A stretch of 64,000 nt of DNA, from assembly GCA_965249725.1 (NCBI GenBank), contig CBDFMQ010000002.1, positions 2,880,001-2,944,000 on the forward strand, in the 5' to 3' direction. The notes below the pieces were generated by a model. That model ran no database searches and was not told where the DNA came from. It saw only the letters and a program-made list of their open reading frames with translations. Shown here one piece after another: positions 29,472-41,360 of this stretch; position 1 is the stretch's first letter, and the number at the start of each line of letters is the position of its first letter. The position numbers and the translations under genes were made by a program. Origin of the DNA: Longimicrobiales bacterium (GTDB lineage: Bacteria > Gemmatimonadota > Gemmatimonadetes > Longimicrobiales > Gaopeijiaceae).

Positions 29472-30149
29472 ATGAAACGCCTGACACTGCTCGATACTGC
29501 CCAGGTTCCCGGGGACGGAGGAGAGATCGGCCTCTACCAGCTCGGCGACGACTACATCATCAAGGTCGCGGGCGGCCAGGACCTGATGAGCACTCGTACA
29601 CACGGGTCCGCCGACGCGCTGGCCGAGATCGCGTGCACCGAGATTGTGGATCGAGCCAACGCACGTGCCCTGATCGGCGGTCTGGGGATGGGGTTCACCT
29701 TGGCGACGGCGCTGCGCCACCTCGGCCCCGATGCCTACGTGGTCGTCGCCGAACTGGTGCCGGCGGTGGTCGAGTGGAATCGCGGCCCGCCGGGAGAGCA
29801 CTCCGGGCACCCTCTCCGGGATGAACGCGTCACCGTCCGCGAGGCAGACGTCGGTGTCGTGCTGAGGGAGGCGCCCGCGGCTTGGGATGCCATCATGTTG
29901 GATGTGGATAATGGCCCGGAGGGTTTGACCAAGAACGACAATGATTGGCTCTACTCCGGGGCCGGGCTTCATGCCACCTACCAGGCCCTTCGACCCGAGG
30001 GCGTGCTCACCGTGTGGTCGGCCCACTCGGACAAGGGCTTCACGAAGCGGCTACGGAAGGTCGGATTCGAAGCGGAGGAGGTCGTCGTGCGCGCACACGG
30101 CGGAAAGGGCTCGCGGCATGTCATCTGGAAGGCGCGAAGAGGAAGGTAG
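29472..30149 (+). CDS. Spermidine-synthase-like SAM-dependent methyltransferase
   Basis: [34 protein letters not shown]. Confidence 0.88.
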   Translation: MKRLTLLDTAQVPGDGGEIGLYQLGDDYIIKVAGGQDLMSTRTHGSADALAEIACTEIVDRANARALIGGLGMGFTLATALRHLGPDAYVVVAELVPAVVEWNRGPPGEHSGHPLRDERVTVREADVGVVLREAPAAWDAIMLDVDNGPEGLTKNDNDWLYSGAGLHATYQALRPEGVLTVWSAHSDKGFTKRLRKVGFEAEEVVVRAHGGKGSRHVIWKARRGR

Positions 30150-30216
30150 CTGGAGGCGCCCACCTGCCGGCCCAACCGTCACTCTCCCCGCCCACCGCAT
30201 TCGAGTACCTTGGGGC

Positions 30217-31803
30217 ATGGAGCCTCACGCCGCCGCAGAATCCACCGCCACCCCCCTCGGCGTCCTCCGCGACGTGTTCGGCTACGAGAACTTCCGACCC
30301 GGTCAGCTCGAGGTCATCGAGGCCGTCATGGCAGGCCGCGACTGCATTGCGCTTATGCCAACCGGAGCGGGTAAATCCCTGACCTTCCAGGTACCGGCTC
30401 GGATGATGGACGGCACAGTGCTCGTGGTGTCTCCGCTGATCTCCCTCATGAAGGACCAGGTGGATGCACTCGTCGACCTCGGCTTTCGCGCTGCGGCGAT
30501 CAACTCGTCGTTAGAACCCGGCGAACGTGAGCGGAGACTCCAGGCACTCCGGGCCGGAGAGTACGAGTTGGTCTACCTGGCTCCCGAGCGACTCGACGGC
30601 CGCCTGAGTCGGGAAGCCGGGAACTGGCCTCTCTCGCTGCTCGTCGTGGACGAAGCTCACTGCATCAGCCAGTGGGGCCATGACTTCAGGCCGTCGTACC
30701 GGCGGCTGCAGCGACTGCGGACGGCGCTCCCGAACACGCCCGTCCTGGCACTCACGGCCACCGCCACCAACGACGTGGCTCGCGACATCATCCGCCAACT
30801 CGAGATGACCAAGCCCGCTGGCTTCAAGGGCTCGTTCTTCCGATCCAACCTGAACATCTACTGCAGAAAGAAGGGCACCGGACCCACGCGACAGGAGATC
30901 GCGGGGCTGATCAAGGCGCGGTCCGGCCAGAGTGGCATCCTGTACTGTGCCTCTCGAAAGGCGGTCGATCAGATGACCGACTTCCTGTGTGATCTGGGCG
31001 TGCGGGCCCTACCCTACCACGCCGGAATGGAGGCGGAGGAGCGATCGACCAACCAAGAAGCCTTCGCCAAGGACGACGCCGACGTGATCGTCGCGACCAT
31101 CGCCTTCGGCATGGGCATCGACAAGTCCAACGTGCGCTTCGTCATCCATCGGGACATGCCGAAGGATGTAGAGTCTTGGTATCAGGAGATGGGCCGCGCG
31201 GGGCGGGACGGTCTGGAGAGCGACTGCTTTCTCTTCTACTCATGGGCCGACGTGAAGCAGCAGGAGCGCTTCCTGAGCGACATCGATGATCCCGATCTCT
31301 ATTGGGCGAAGGCCGAAGCGACCAAGGCCCTCTTCCGGCTTGTGGAGAACGGAGGATGTCGCCACCAGAAGATCCTCACACATCTCAGCGAGGAGATCAG
31401 TCCGTGCGACGTGTCTTGTGACTGGTGCACGGGAATCAAGGCCGAGGATCTGGCGGCGGAAGGCATAATGGCCGTCGAGGCAGGGGGCCAGACTATGTCC
31501 CGAGCCGGCCCCCGGTCCGGCTCCACGCGTTCCCGCTCACGACAGACCGCCGATCGGGTCGCAGAACCCGGTCCGCTATCCGATGAGGCAGAGGCCCTGT
31601 TTCAATCGCTGAGGGACCTCCGCAAGTCGATCGCGGACCGTCAGGGAGTGCCGGCCTACATCGTGTTCAGCGACAAGACCCTGCGCGCCATGGCCGAAGC
31701 GCGCCCGTCCACTCCGGGGGAGCTCCTGGCCGTCTCGGGCGTGGGACCGCTCAAGCTCGAGCGGTACGGCGAAGCCTTCCTGGACGCGGTGAGCGAATCC
31801 TAG
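30217..31803 (+). CDS. recQ: RecQ-family DNA helicase (helicase core, Zn module, HRDC)
   Basis: [70 protein letters not shown]. Confidence 0.93.
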   Translation: MEPHAAAESTATPLGVLRDVFGYENFRPGQLEVIEAVMAGRDCIALMPTGAGKSLTFQVPARMMDGTVLVVSPLISLMKDQVDALVDLGFRAAAINSSLEPGERERRLQALRAGEYELVYLAPERLDGRLSREAGNWPLSLLVVDEAHCISQWGHDFRPSYRRLQRLRTALPNTPVLALTATATNDVARDIIRQLEMTKPAGFKGSFFRSNLNIYCRKKGTGPTRQEIAGLIKARSGQSGILYCASRKAVDQMTDFLCDLGVRALPYHAGMEAEERSTNQEAFAKDDADVIVATIAFGMGIDKSNVRFVIHRDMPKDVESWYQEMGRAGRDGLESDCFLFYSWADVKQQERFLSDIDDPDLYWAKAEATKALFRLVENGGCRHQKILTHLSEEISPCDVSCDWCTGIKAEDLAAEGIMAVEAGGQTMSRAGPRSGSTRSRSRQTADRVAEPGPLSDEAEALFQSLRDLRKSIADRQGVPAYIVFSDKTLRAMAEARPSTPGELLAVSGVGPLKLERYGEAFLDAVSES

Positions 31804-31840
31804 GAACGGGCTCCGCAGGGGTGATGAACGCACCCTCCGG

Positions 31841-32332
31841 CTAGTGAGCCGGTCCTTCGTCATCAGCTGACGGGCCGTAGATCGCCGGCACCTTGCTGCC
31901 CATGGGGCGCAGGTACGTGCTCAACTGGCCACGGTGATGGATCGCGTCCAGGAGCATCATCCAGGCCAACTGCATACGCGGGCCCTCCATGATCTCGTGC
32001 TCCCCGACGAAGAACTTGGCGGGGCTCATCCAAGCCTCCTCGTCGATATCGCCGAGCCGCGTGATCACTTCCCCGAAGGTCTGGTCCATGGTCGCGACCG
32101 CTTCTTCGATCGTCTCGAAGGGCACCTGATTGCGGTGATGGATGGCACCGTCGTCGAGCAACTCGATCAGGTCCTGATTGTGGCCGATCAGGTGCCCGAT
32201 CAGGTCCTCCGCGCTACGCGCCTTTGGTTCCGGGCGGTAACCACGTCCCTCTTCGGGGACGGCATTCACAACGTTGCAGAAGAGCCCGCGCTCGTGTTCC
32301 AGGATGCCCTTCAAGAAAGCGGGTGCGCTCAT
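31841..32332 (-). CDS. DinB-family protein
   Basis: YRPEPKARSAEDLIGH...IHHRGQLSTYLRPMGSKVPAIYGPSAD. Confidence 0.9.
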   Translation of the reverse strand: MSAPAFLKGILEHERGLFCNVVNAVPEEGRGYRPEPKARSAEDLIGHLIGHNQDLIELLDDGAIHHRNQVPFETIEEAVATMDQTFGEVITRLGDIDEEAWMSPAKFFVGEHEIMEGPRMQLAWMMLLDAIHHRGQLSTYLRPMGSKVPAIYGPSADDEGPAH

Positions 32333-32446
32333 CGAGAATCACCTCTGTTTGATGTCAGCGATTTGGGAGGGAACGTAATCTGAGCACTCCCCGCCGAGTA
32401 CGCGAGTAGTGCTATTCGCCTCCTCTCCGGGACCGCTCCGCAGCCC

Positions 32447-33799
<1,353 letters not shown>

Positions 33800-33994
33800 G
33801 TGATGTTATCCGGTTAATAGGCGCACGGCAGGCCGGCCGGAGTATCCGGCTCGATAAGCGGGCGCAGTGTGTTGAGCTAGTGTTGCCCCAGGAACCGAGG
33901 GCTCAAGGTGGGGATGTCACTGCAGGAAGGTAGTGGCAACATCTGTTTCCACCCACCCCCTACCTACCTCATAGGCACCCGAACGCGAATACGG

Positions 33995-35719
33995 TTACCC
34001 CCTCGGCACTTCGAGCGTCCGCCGTATCGTGCCGGCCTTCTCGGACTCGACGACGATCGTCGCATGGGCCTGCTGGGTCTCGTCCAGCACCCTCACCGTC
34101 CACGCGACGGACCGCGGATCAATCCCGCCACCACGAGTTCCCGGCAGTACTCCCAGCGACACCGTCGGTTCACCCGAGATCAGTTCGGCGTTCACCAACT
34201 CCAGCGTCGCGCGCACCGGCTGGGCGATGCCGAGCTCCTCGGCGGCGTGCACCGTAGCGGTGGCCATCCAACCCACATTGGCCACACTCGCCTCGACACG
34301 AAGTCCGGCACCCGACGGCGTGATGTGAGCGTTCTGGATCGCGACCTGCGGCGTCTTCTCGGCGAAGGTCAGCACCCATCGCACGTTTCGGTCTATCTCG
34401 TCCGCCATCAACCGCGGCGGGGGGCTCGCCGTGGACCAGCGATCCCATCCGCCCAACTCGACGCGGCCCAGCTCCGGATGTTGGTAGGGATACCAGGAGA
34501 CGAACCCGGTGCCGCCGAGTACCTCGTCGTTCCAGGCGAAGAGGGCGTCCTGCCCCTCGCCGATGGCGTGCGCCCACATCTCGGTCGTGATCGCGAGCAC
34601 CCCGAACTCCTTGGACGCCCAGTCGTTGAACACTCCGTGCCCGGGGCTCATCAGGTCCACGATGGCCTTCTTCTCGTAGGCGAAGTTCTGGTAGCCGGTA
34701 ATGGCCACACCGTCCTCGGCAAGCGCTCGGTACGCATCGAGGTCGGCGTCGGGAAAGTCCCAATCCTGATCCGCGAGCGTGGGGAAGCGGAGGATCAGGC
34801 CACCGCTGGTATGGAAGGTATGGATGGCCGCGATGTTCGGACGCTCGGTGATGTACGCCACCAGGGCGTGCGTCTCGGGTTCGGACAGAGGAAATGGGCC
34901 TGATGCGAACTGAGCCGCGCTCCAGTTGGCGGGGAAGTTCCGGTTCAGATCGACTCCGCCAACCCGGTCCTCGTTGAATCGACCGTCGCCATCGTCGTCG
35001 ACGCCTTCTCGCATCACCTGATAGCGGGGACCCTCGACGGGGGCGGGATTTCCGCCGGCCACGTCACGTACCCGGACCATGCGACGCGGATCAGACGAGT
35101 GCACGACCCAGTCGCCCTCGTCATCCGGCACCCGCATCTGCAGGATGCGACCGTCACGGTCCAGGTCCTCGGGAGGATCTTCGTCCAGCAGGCCGTCCCC
35201 ATCCTCGTCGATGGGCCTCACGTTCCAGCGATGGTTCTCGGGCGTGTCGACAGAGATCGCACGTCCGTCGGGGTTCACGATGGGAACGACGTAGAAGGCT
35301 CGGCTGTCCACGAGGTCCGTCAGCTGGGCGTCGCTGCCATGACCCGACAGGATCCGGTCGAGAAACGCGAGCGCTCCTTCCCCGCCCAGCACCTCGCCAC
35401 CATGGATGTTGCCGTCCACGTAGAACCCCGGCTTCTCGGACGCGGGCCCAGTTGCCGGGTTGTTCACATCCACCGCCCAAATCGGGCGTCCCTCGCGGCT
35501 CTGGCCGATCACATGGAGCGTCACGAGCTCGGGGTAGCGACCAGCGAGCGCCTCGACGTAGGTGCCGATCTCGTCGAGGGAGTGGTAGTGACCGAAGCGG
35601 ATCAGCCCGGTGGCCTGAGCGTTGGCGGGGGTGGGAATGAGGAGGAGGACGACCACCGCGAGCAGTGCCGTCGCGAAGGGCAGCGCGATCGCGGGCGATG
35701 AGTGAGGAAATCGGCGCAT
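33995..35719 (-). CDS. Secreted M14 zinc carboxypeptidase
   Basis: DGNIHGGE (HxxE), NPDG, VDLNRNF, SEPET, TFHT. Confidence 0.9.
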   Translation of the reverse strand: MRRFPHSSPAIALPFATALLAVVVLLLIPTPANAQATGLIRFGHYHSLDEIGTYVEALAGRYPELVTLHVIGQSREGRPIWAVDVNNPATGPASEKPGFYVDGNIHGGEVLGGEGALAFLDRILSGHGSDAQLTDLVDSRAFYVVPIVNPDGRAISVDTPENHRWNVRPIDEDGDGLLDEDPPEDLDRDGRILQMRVPDDEGDWVVHSSDPRRMVRVRDVAGGNPAPVEGPRYQVMREGVDDDGDGRFNEDRVGGVDLNRNFPANWSAAQFASGPFPLSEPETHALVAYITERPNIAAIHTFHTSGGLILRFPTLADQDWDFPDADLDAYRALAEDGVAITGYQNFAYEKKAIVDLMSPGHGVFNDWASKEFGVLAITTEMWAHAIGEGQDALFAWNDEVLGGTGFVSWYPYQHPELGRVELGGWDRWSTASPPPRLMADEIDRNVRWVLTFAEKTPQVAIQNAHITPSGAGLRVEASVANVGWMATATVHAAEELGIAQPVRATLELVNAELISGEPTVSLGVLPGTRGGGIDPRSVAWTVRVLDETQQAHATIVVESEKAGTIRRTLEVPRG

Positions 35720-35720
35720 T

Positions 35721-35844
35721 CTAGGCGGGCTCCTTAAAGAGCGTCAGTAGCATCTTGAACGGACCTTCCCCGTGCAGGGACAGCACCGGGCTGGTAGTCG
35801 ATGGTCTCGGCGAGCAGAGTGGGCTGATCGATCGGGTTGTCCAT
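35721..35844 (-). pseudogene. Internally deleted small cupin gene
   Basis: N-terminus MDNPIDQPTLLAETIDYQPGAV joined out of frame to C-terminus SLHGEGPFKMLLTLFKEPA*; both match the ends of ~110-aa cupin_2 proteins. Confidence 0.68.
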
Positions 35845-35974
35845 GGTGCCGGTTTTTCTAAGGCTCGATTGAATGAGAGGGCGCCGCGCCCTAACATTCG
35901 GTCATCGGCCGGCGACGACAACGCCATCGATGAGATTACGTACTCCGACGAGCGCCAACCAATCGAAGGTGAGC

Positions 35975-36205
35975 ATGAACCTGCCGGAAAAGGTCTACAC
36001 CGAAAAAGACGTGACGCGCGCCCGCAACAGAGGGCAGTTGTTGGGGTGGGTGCAGGGCGGCACGATCGTGATCTCCGGAGCCATCGTCCTCAACCTTCTG
36101 GGTTGGATTCCGGCGGTCTTGGCGGTGGGCGCCATCGGATACGGCGGGTACAAGGTCTTCCGGTGGATGTCGAAGCCGTCTGCGGACGACAGCGCGGACT
36201 CCTGA
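35975..36205 (+). CDS. Small two-TM membrane protein
   Basis: AAGGTG RBS; MNLPEKVYTEKDV...GAIVLNLLGWIPAVLAVGAIGYGGYK. Confidence 0.75.
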   Translation: MNLPEKVYTEKDVTRARNRGQLLGWVQGGTIVISGAIVLNLLGWIPAVLAVGAIGYGGYKVFRWMSKPSADDSADS

Positions 36206-36314
36206 ACCCGCTACGCCCGCCCGCTAGCCGGGGCCTCCCGCGCAACCTTACGAGACGGTTCACCGTCTAAAGATGTGCAACTGACAAGAGTCGTACGGCC
36301 GTGGAGGACGAAAG

Positions 36315-36536
36315 ATGTTCGAGTTGATCACCGAAGCGCTAAGCACCTACTTCAACGTTGTCACCGCCTTCTGGCAGGGCATGTCGCGTGGCGGAGGCAT
36401 ACAGCTGCTTCTGTTTGGGCTCGCCCTCTGGTGGCTGTTCGGCGGACGGATTCGATGCCGGTGCGGCTGCGGCCACTGCGGATGCTGGTGCGGCCGCTGC
36501 AAGTGCGACGAAGTGCGCGTCGAGGACGAGGACTAG
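36315..36536 (+). CDS. Small membrane protein with Cys-rich C-terminus
   Basis: GGAGG RBS; TM segment then CRCGCGHCGCWCGRCKC and acidic tail. Confidence 0.75.
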   Translation: MFELITEALSTYFNVVTAFWQGMSRGGGIQLLLFGLALWWLFGGRIRCRCGCGHCGCWCGRCKCDEVRVEDED

Positions 36537-36542
36537 CCTCCG

Positions 36543-37955
36543 TTAGTGCACCAGGTGCAGGTCCGTCTGTCGCCTCAACGACCAGCGCATCTCCCCCTCA
36601 GCCGTGACCTCGGCCTCCTCCTCCAGGGCCATCCGCACGCGTTGACCGTCCCACTCGGGGACCGGAGTCGTGACCTGTAGCTCGGTCGAGAACCACATGC
36701 TGGGGATTACGGGCGGATCCCCTCGCCCCGGGACACCGTTCTGGTAGTCCCAGAGGCCGATCAGGGGGCCCGCGCCGTGGCCGTGGTCTCCGATGGGGTG
36801 GGTGTACATGGTCCCGTCCAGATCTTCGATCCGCATGGTGTTGAGAACCGACGCGAGGATCTCGTTGCCCGATCGTCCGACCTTCGTCTCTTCGAGCAGA
36901 ATGTCCTGAAGACGGTTCGCGTTGGAGAGCGCCTTCTGAAGGCCTGCGGGCGCAGCGGACTCCCCGTCTAGCAGTACGTAAGCCATGTGCTGTGTGTCGG
37001 TGGTCATGCCCATGTTGACGATACCGAAGTCACAGTGCAGCACGTCACCGCGCTGGATGATCGGTGCGATCGAGTCTCCCATCTCCACCCCACGGCGCTG
37101 GATCGAGACCGACGGCTGAAACCAGGATCCGAGGCCCAGATCGTGCACGCGCTGACGCATCCACCACACCACGTCCTCCGTAGTCGTCTTGCCCGGTTCG
37201 ATGACGACGTTGGAGAAAGCCGTGCCGATGATCTCGTGCACGATGGCCTGCATGTGGCGATAGGTCGGGGTCATGCCCGGAACGCGCATGGCGAGATAGT
37301 CGAGGGCTAGAAGAGGTTCACGGACGACCCGTCCGGCGAGGTCGCCCAGCGACTCCTCCATCTGCTCCCATTCACCCGCGGTCAGCCCGTCGGAGAAGTT
37401 GATGTCGTGCGAGATGTTCACGGCGATCCGCTGGGGATCGCGCTCCCGCACCATGCGGGCGAAGAGGTCCCACTGGTCCTTCCCCCACAACTCGGCGGGC
37501 CGTCCATCGGCCGACAGCACGGTGGCCCGTACCGCCTCGTAGACTCCACCCTGCTAGTTGCCACCCAACGCCAACCGCTCGACGCCCTCCTCCGGTCCCC
37601 GGTCGTAGAAGATGTAGATGGTGCGACGGCGCGCCGCGAAGGTGGTCGCCGATACGAGGGCCTTGAAGACCGGATCCTCGTTGTACTCGCGCATCGTCAC
37701 GACCCACATGTCCACGCCATGCTTCCGCATCAACAAGGGGAGGTTCGTCTCGAGCCGTTCCTGCAGCCACGTCTGCTGGACCCGGGCCTGCTCGCGGAGC
37801 GTACCGAACGGCCGCGTCGAATCGTAGTCACGGGCCTGGGCCCCGAGCGGGGTCGGGCCGAGTAGGAGGATCGCTCCCAGTAGAGTCGATCCTAGTAGGG
37901 CCGACGCCAGGGTGACGGTCGAGCGGCGGAGGCTGGGGCTGAGCGAAATATCCAT
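36543..37955 (-). pseudogene. Secreted M24 (Xaa-Pro aminopeptidase) family gene interrupted by in-frame TAG at 37554-37556
   Basis: ORFs 37554..38090 and 36543..37520 share a frame; read-through gives LALGGN*QGGVYEAVRATV; M24 motifs HCDFG, TDTQH, HPIGDHGHG, EEE. Confidence 0.82.
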
Positions 37956-37998
37956 TCGTATCGTCTTTCCTGTAGGCTGGTCCGGTATTGAGCGACGG

Positions 37999-38448
37999 CT
38001 AGAACGGTGCTCCCTGACACGCACGCACGATCTCATCCACCTCGAGTATGCTCGGTCGCGAAGGACCCTCGAGCCAGAGGTCCATGGCACGATCGAGGTT
38101 GGGGTCCGTCATGTCACGTCGGTGGGCGAGCCCCAGTGTCAACTCCAGCACCTCTCGCTCGGCTCGCTCTTTCAGTTCGAGACGCACAACCTCCTGAACG
38201 ATAGGAAGGCCGCTCGAGGGCTGGCCGGCGCTCCGTCGCGAGTCGCGGGCGCCCAGAAGGTCGCGGCGGTCCTCCTGGTCGCCGTAGAACTCGAAGCCGA
38301 GCTCGACGAGCCTCTCCTTCGCACACGAAATGGACCGGAGGTCTCCGTCAGCCCGTACCTCGTACGGCATGGGCGCTTGGAGCCCGCGGGGGTAGCAGGC
38401 AGTCGCCAAGGGGACTGCCGTGGCCAGGAGAACCCATCGCATCGGCAT
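37999..38448 (-). CDS. Hypothetical lipoprotein
   Basis: Lipobox LATAC; protein-like composition. Confidence 0.6.
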   Translation of the reverse strand: MPMRWVLLATAVPLATACYPRGLQAPMPYEVRADGDLRSISCAKERLVELGFEFYGDQEDRRDLLGARDSRRSAGQPSSGLPIVQEVVRLELKERAEREVLELTLGLAHRRDMTDPNLDRAMDLWLEGPSRPSILEVDEIVRACQGAPF

Positions 38449-38539
38449 GTATTACTCTACACGAGGCCGGAATCGGGGTGCCACGCCGGTATGCGCTCGC
38501 ACGCCTGATCGGGGGCCCAGATTGCGACCCGATGTCACA

Positions 38540-41059
38540 TCACTCGTACCTCAGCGCCACCATCGGATCGACTCTCGAAGCGCGATGCGCCGGTAGGTAG
38601 CCTGCCCCGAAAGCCACGAGGCTCAACACCACCGCAACGACACCCATGACAACCGGATCGTTGCCCTCGAGCCCGAAGAGCAGGGATTCGGCGGCCCGCC
38701 CCAGGAAGAAGGCTGCCACCAGACCGACGACGCCACCTATGACGGTCATCTTGGCGACTTGGCGAAGCACCAACCCCCGAACCCGTCCGCGGTCCGCGCC
38801 CAGTGCCACGCGCAGCCCGATCTCACGCGTGCGTTGCGAGACCGTGTAGGCCAGGACCCCGTAGAGCCCCACTGCGGCGAGGATCGTCGCTAGTACGGCG
38901 AAAGCGGCTGACAGTGTGCTGATAAGACGGTCGAGCATCACGTTCTCTTTGGCGGTCTGTTCGAGCGTCTTGAGGTCCTCGACCGGGAGATTCGGATCGA
39001 TACCCTTGATGACCCCTCCGACCGCATCAAGGGTCTGAGACGGCTCGACCTGAGTACGCATGTAGAATGTCATGGATCCGACGTAATCGTCCTGACGATA
39101 GGGCAGGAAGAAGAGCGGTGGCACGTCACGTTTCACCTCGGCGTAGCGTGCGTCCTGGACCACCCCGACGATGCGACGTGTCAACTCGGCGTCCCCGCCG
39201 GCGGTGCTCATGAACGTGCCGACGGTCTCACGAGCATCGAGTCCGAACTTGCGCGCGAAGGCCTCGTTCACGATCGCGACCTCTTCCGCTTCCATATTGT
39301 CGGCGACCGTGAACTCACGGCCGGCGAGCAGCGGCATCCCCAGCGTCGCGAAGTATCCGGGGCCGATCATGTTCATGCGAGAGTTGGAGTCGATGTCGGG
39401 CCCCGACTCGAAGCCATCCACGGCCACGTCGGTGCCCCAGTTGTTGCCGTTGAGAATCGGGACGATCGCGCCGGAGGCGCCCGAAACACCAGGTAGGGCT
39501 GCCAGCTCCTGCTCGAGCGTCTCGTACAGTGCGAGCGACCGCTCACGCTCGTATCCGTTCAGCTCGGGCGAGATCGCGAACGTCGCCACGTTGCTCGGGT
39601 TCATTCCCAGGTCTACTCGGCTCACGTTCGTGAGGCTCTTGAGAAACAGACCCGCTCCGACCAGAAGCGCCATGGAGAGCGCGATCTGTGCCGTGACCAA
39701 CGCGCCACGGAAGCGCGCAGCCGCCCTGTGTCCCGAAGGCTGGCCGGCGTTGCTTTTCAAAGCGGTGACCAGGTCCGGCCGCGTGCTGTGCAGGGCCGGA
39801 TAGAGCCCAAACAGAACTCCGGTCCCGATGGCCAGCGCCCCGGCGAACAGGACCACACCAGTACTCAGGGACGGTGTGAAGGCGGCCGCGGTCTCGGGTG
39901 GCAGAAGCGTAGCGATGACCCCGAGCGTCCATTGCGCGACGAGCAGGCTGGCGAGCCCCCCGAGAACGGCGAGGACGAGTGACTCAGTGAGCAGTTGTCT
40001 CAGCATCTGTGAACGACTGGCGCCGATCGAAGCGCGGACCGCCATCTCGGACCCTCGGTTGGCTCCCCGTGCCAACAGGAGGTTGGCGATATTCGCACAG
40101 GCGATGAGCAGCACCACACCCGTGATTCCGAAGAGGAGGGTCATAGGCCTTTCCACATCGCTGTGCATGGTGCTCTGCCCGCGGGAGCCCGGCTGGAGCA
40201 CCAGATCCTTAGCCAAGAACCGCTCCATGGTCTGGGCGCTCATACCCTCCTGAAGCGGGGCTTCGACCTCGGCGAGGATCCCCTTAAAAACCGTGGTCAT
40301 CTCGGAGCGGGCCTGCTCGAGCGTCACGCCGGGCGCGAGTCGCGCGAATAGATACGCCCAATAGTTCCTGCGATTCTCCCAGGCGTCCCACCACGGACTC
40401 ATTCCCGTGCGCATCGTTAGGGGCACGTAGACGTCGACTGTGACACCGAGCGTGGTGCCCTTGAAGCCCGGTGGGGCCACCCCGACGACCGTCATGGACT
40501 GTCCGTTGATGATGATCGTGCTGTTGAGCACCGCCGGATCCAGGCCGAGTTGGTTCTGCCAATAGTCGTAGCCGAGCACGGTGACATGGTGCTCACCGAT
40601 GGTCACGTCGTCCGCCGGCCCGAGTAGGCGCCCCAACGCTGGACTCAGGCCGAGAAGCGCGAAGTACGATCCCGAGACCAGCATCCCGCTGCCGCTCACC
40701 GTCTGGTCGGCAGCGGCCAGGTTCGTCCCGAACTGCCGATGCGCTGCCACGCCGCTGAAGGTAGTCGACACCTCCGCGAGGTCGTTGAACATCGGATAGC
40801 TGAAGACCGCCTCGCAGTTCCCCGCCTGCCCGCAGGACTGCGAGCCCGGGTTGGGGCCGGGCGCGGAGAGGTTGACCAGACGCTCGGGCTCCTGCACAGG
40901 AAGAGCCTGTAACAGCATCTGATCAAAGAGCGAGAAGATCGCAGCGTTCGCTCCGATGCCGAGCGCAAGGGACAGGATCGCGACAGCCGTGACGAACGGC
41001 GTCTTGGTGAGCGTACGAACCGTGAATTTGAAGGCTGACACCTGCGTCTCCGGTCTCAA
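38540..41059 (-). CDS. ADOP-type duplicated orphan ABC permease
   Basis: LSLALGIGANAAIFS, LLIACANIANLLLARG, GLYGVLAYTVSQRTREIGLRVALGA, RASRVDPMVALRYE; no adjacent ATPase. Confidence 0.93.
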   Translation of the reverse strand: MRPETQVSAFKFTVRTLTKTPFVTAVAILSLALGIGANAAIFSLFDQMLLQALPVQEPERLVNLSAPGPNPGSQSCGQAGNCEAVFSYPMFNDLAEVSTTFSGVAAHRQFGTNLAAADQTVSGSGMLVSGSYFALLGLSPALGRLLGPADDVTIGEHHVTVLGYDYWQNQLGLDPAVLNSTIIINGQSMTVVGVAPPGFKGTTLGVTVDVYVPLTMRTGMSPWWDAWENRRNYWAYLFARLAPGVTLEQARSEMTTVFKGILAEVEAPLQEGMSAQTMERFLAKDLVLQPGSRGQSTMHSDVERPMTLLFGITGVVLLIACANIANLLLARGANRGSEMAVRASIGASRSQMLRQLLTESLVLAVLGGLASLLVAQWTLGVIATLLPPETAAAFTPSLSTGVVLFAGALAIGTGVLFGLYPALHSTRPDLVTALKSNAGQPSGHRAAARFRGALVTAQIALSMALLVGAGLFLKSLTNVSRVDLGMNPSNVATFAISPELNGYERERSLALYETLEQELAALPGVSGASGAIVPILNGNNWGTDVAVDGFESGPDIDSNSRMNMIGPGYFATLGMPLLAGREFTVADNMEAEEVAIVNEAFARKFGLDARETVGTFMSTAGGDAELTRRIVGVVQDARYAEVKRDVPPLFFLPYRQDDYVGSMTFYMRTQVEPSQTLDAVGGVIKGIDPNLPVEDLKTLEQTAKENVMLDRLISTLSAAFAVLATILAAVGLYGVLAYTVSQRTREIGLRVALGADRGRVRGLVLRQVAKMTVIGGVVGLVAAFFLGRAAESLLFGLEGNDPVVMGVVAVVLSLVAFGAGYLPAHRASRVDPMVALRYE

Positions 41060-41360
41060 TTGATTCCCACGGCCGGGCCGAATCGGGCCGACCGTCCAGC
41101 GTTCGGATCGGACCAGAAGTTAGACGGGTGTATGGGCCATGAGGTTGCGACGCACGTGTGGATGGTGCTCCGGTGAAGTGGAGCGGTGGTTCTCCGATCG
41201 GACAGAATCGCACCTCGGCGACGCAGGGGAAGCCTCGCGGTTGACAGGCAATATTTGCCCATTCATTGTTAATTTCCCTCCAGCCGTACCATGGTGGCCG
41301 GTTTGGTCCAGGTGGTACGCCCTTGTCCTGAAAATACGGATGATCAGGTGGAATCTCTCG

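Noticed and set aside
37554..37556. Pyrrolysine or genome-wide TAG recoding
   Set aside because: TAG ends many intact genes here at their expected C-termini; no pyl genes in the window.
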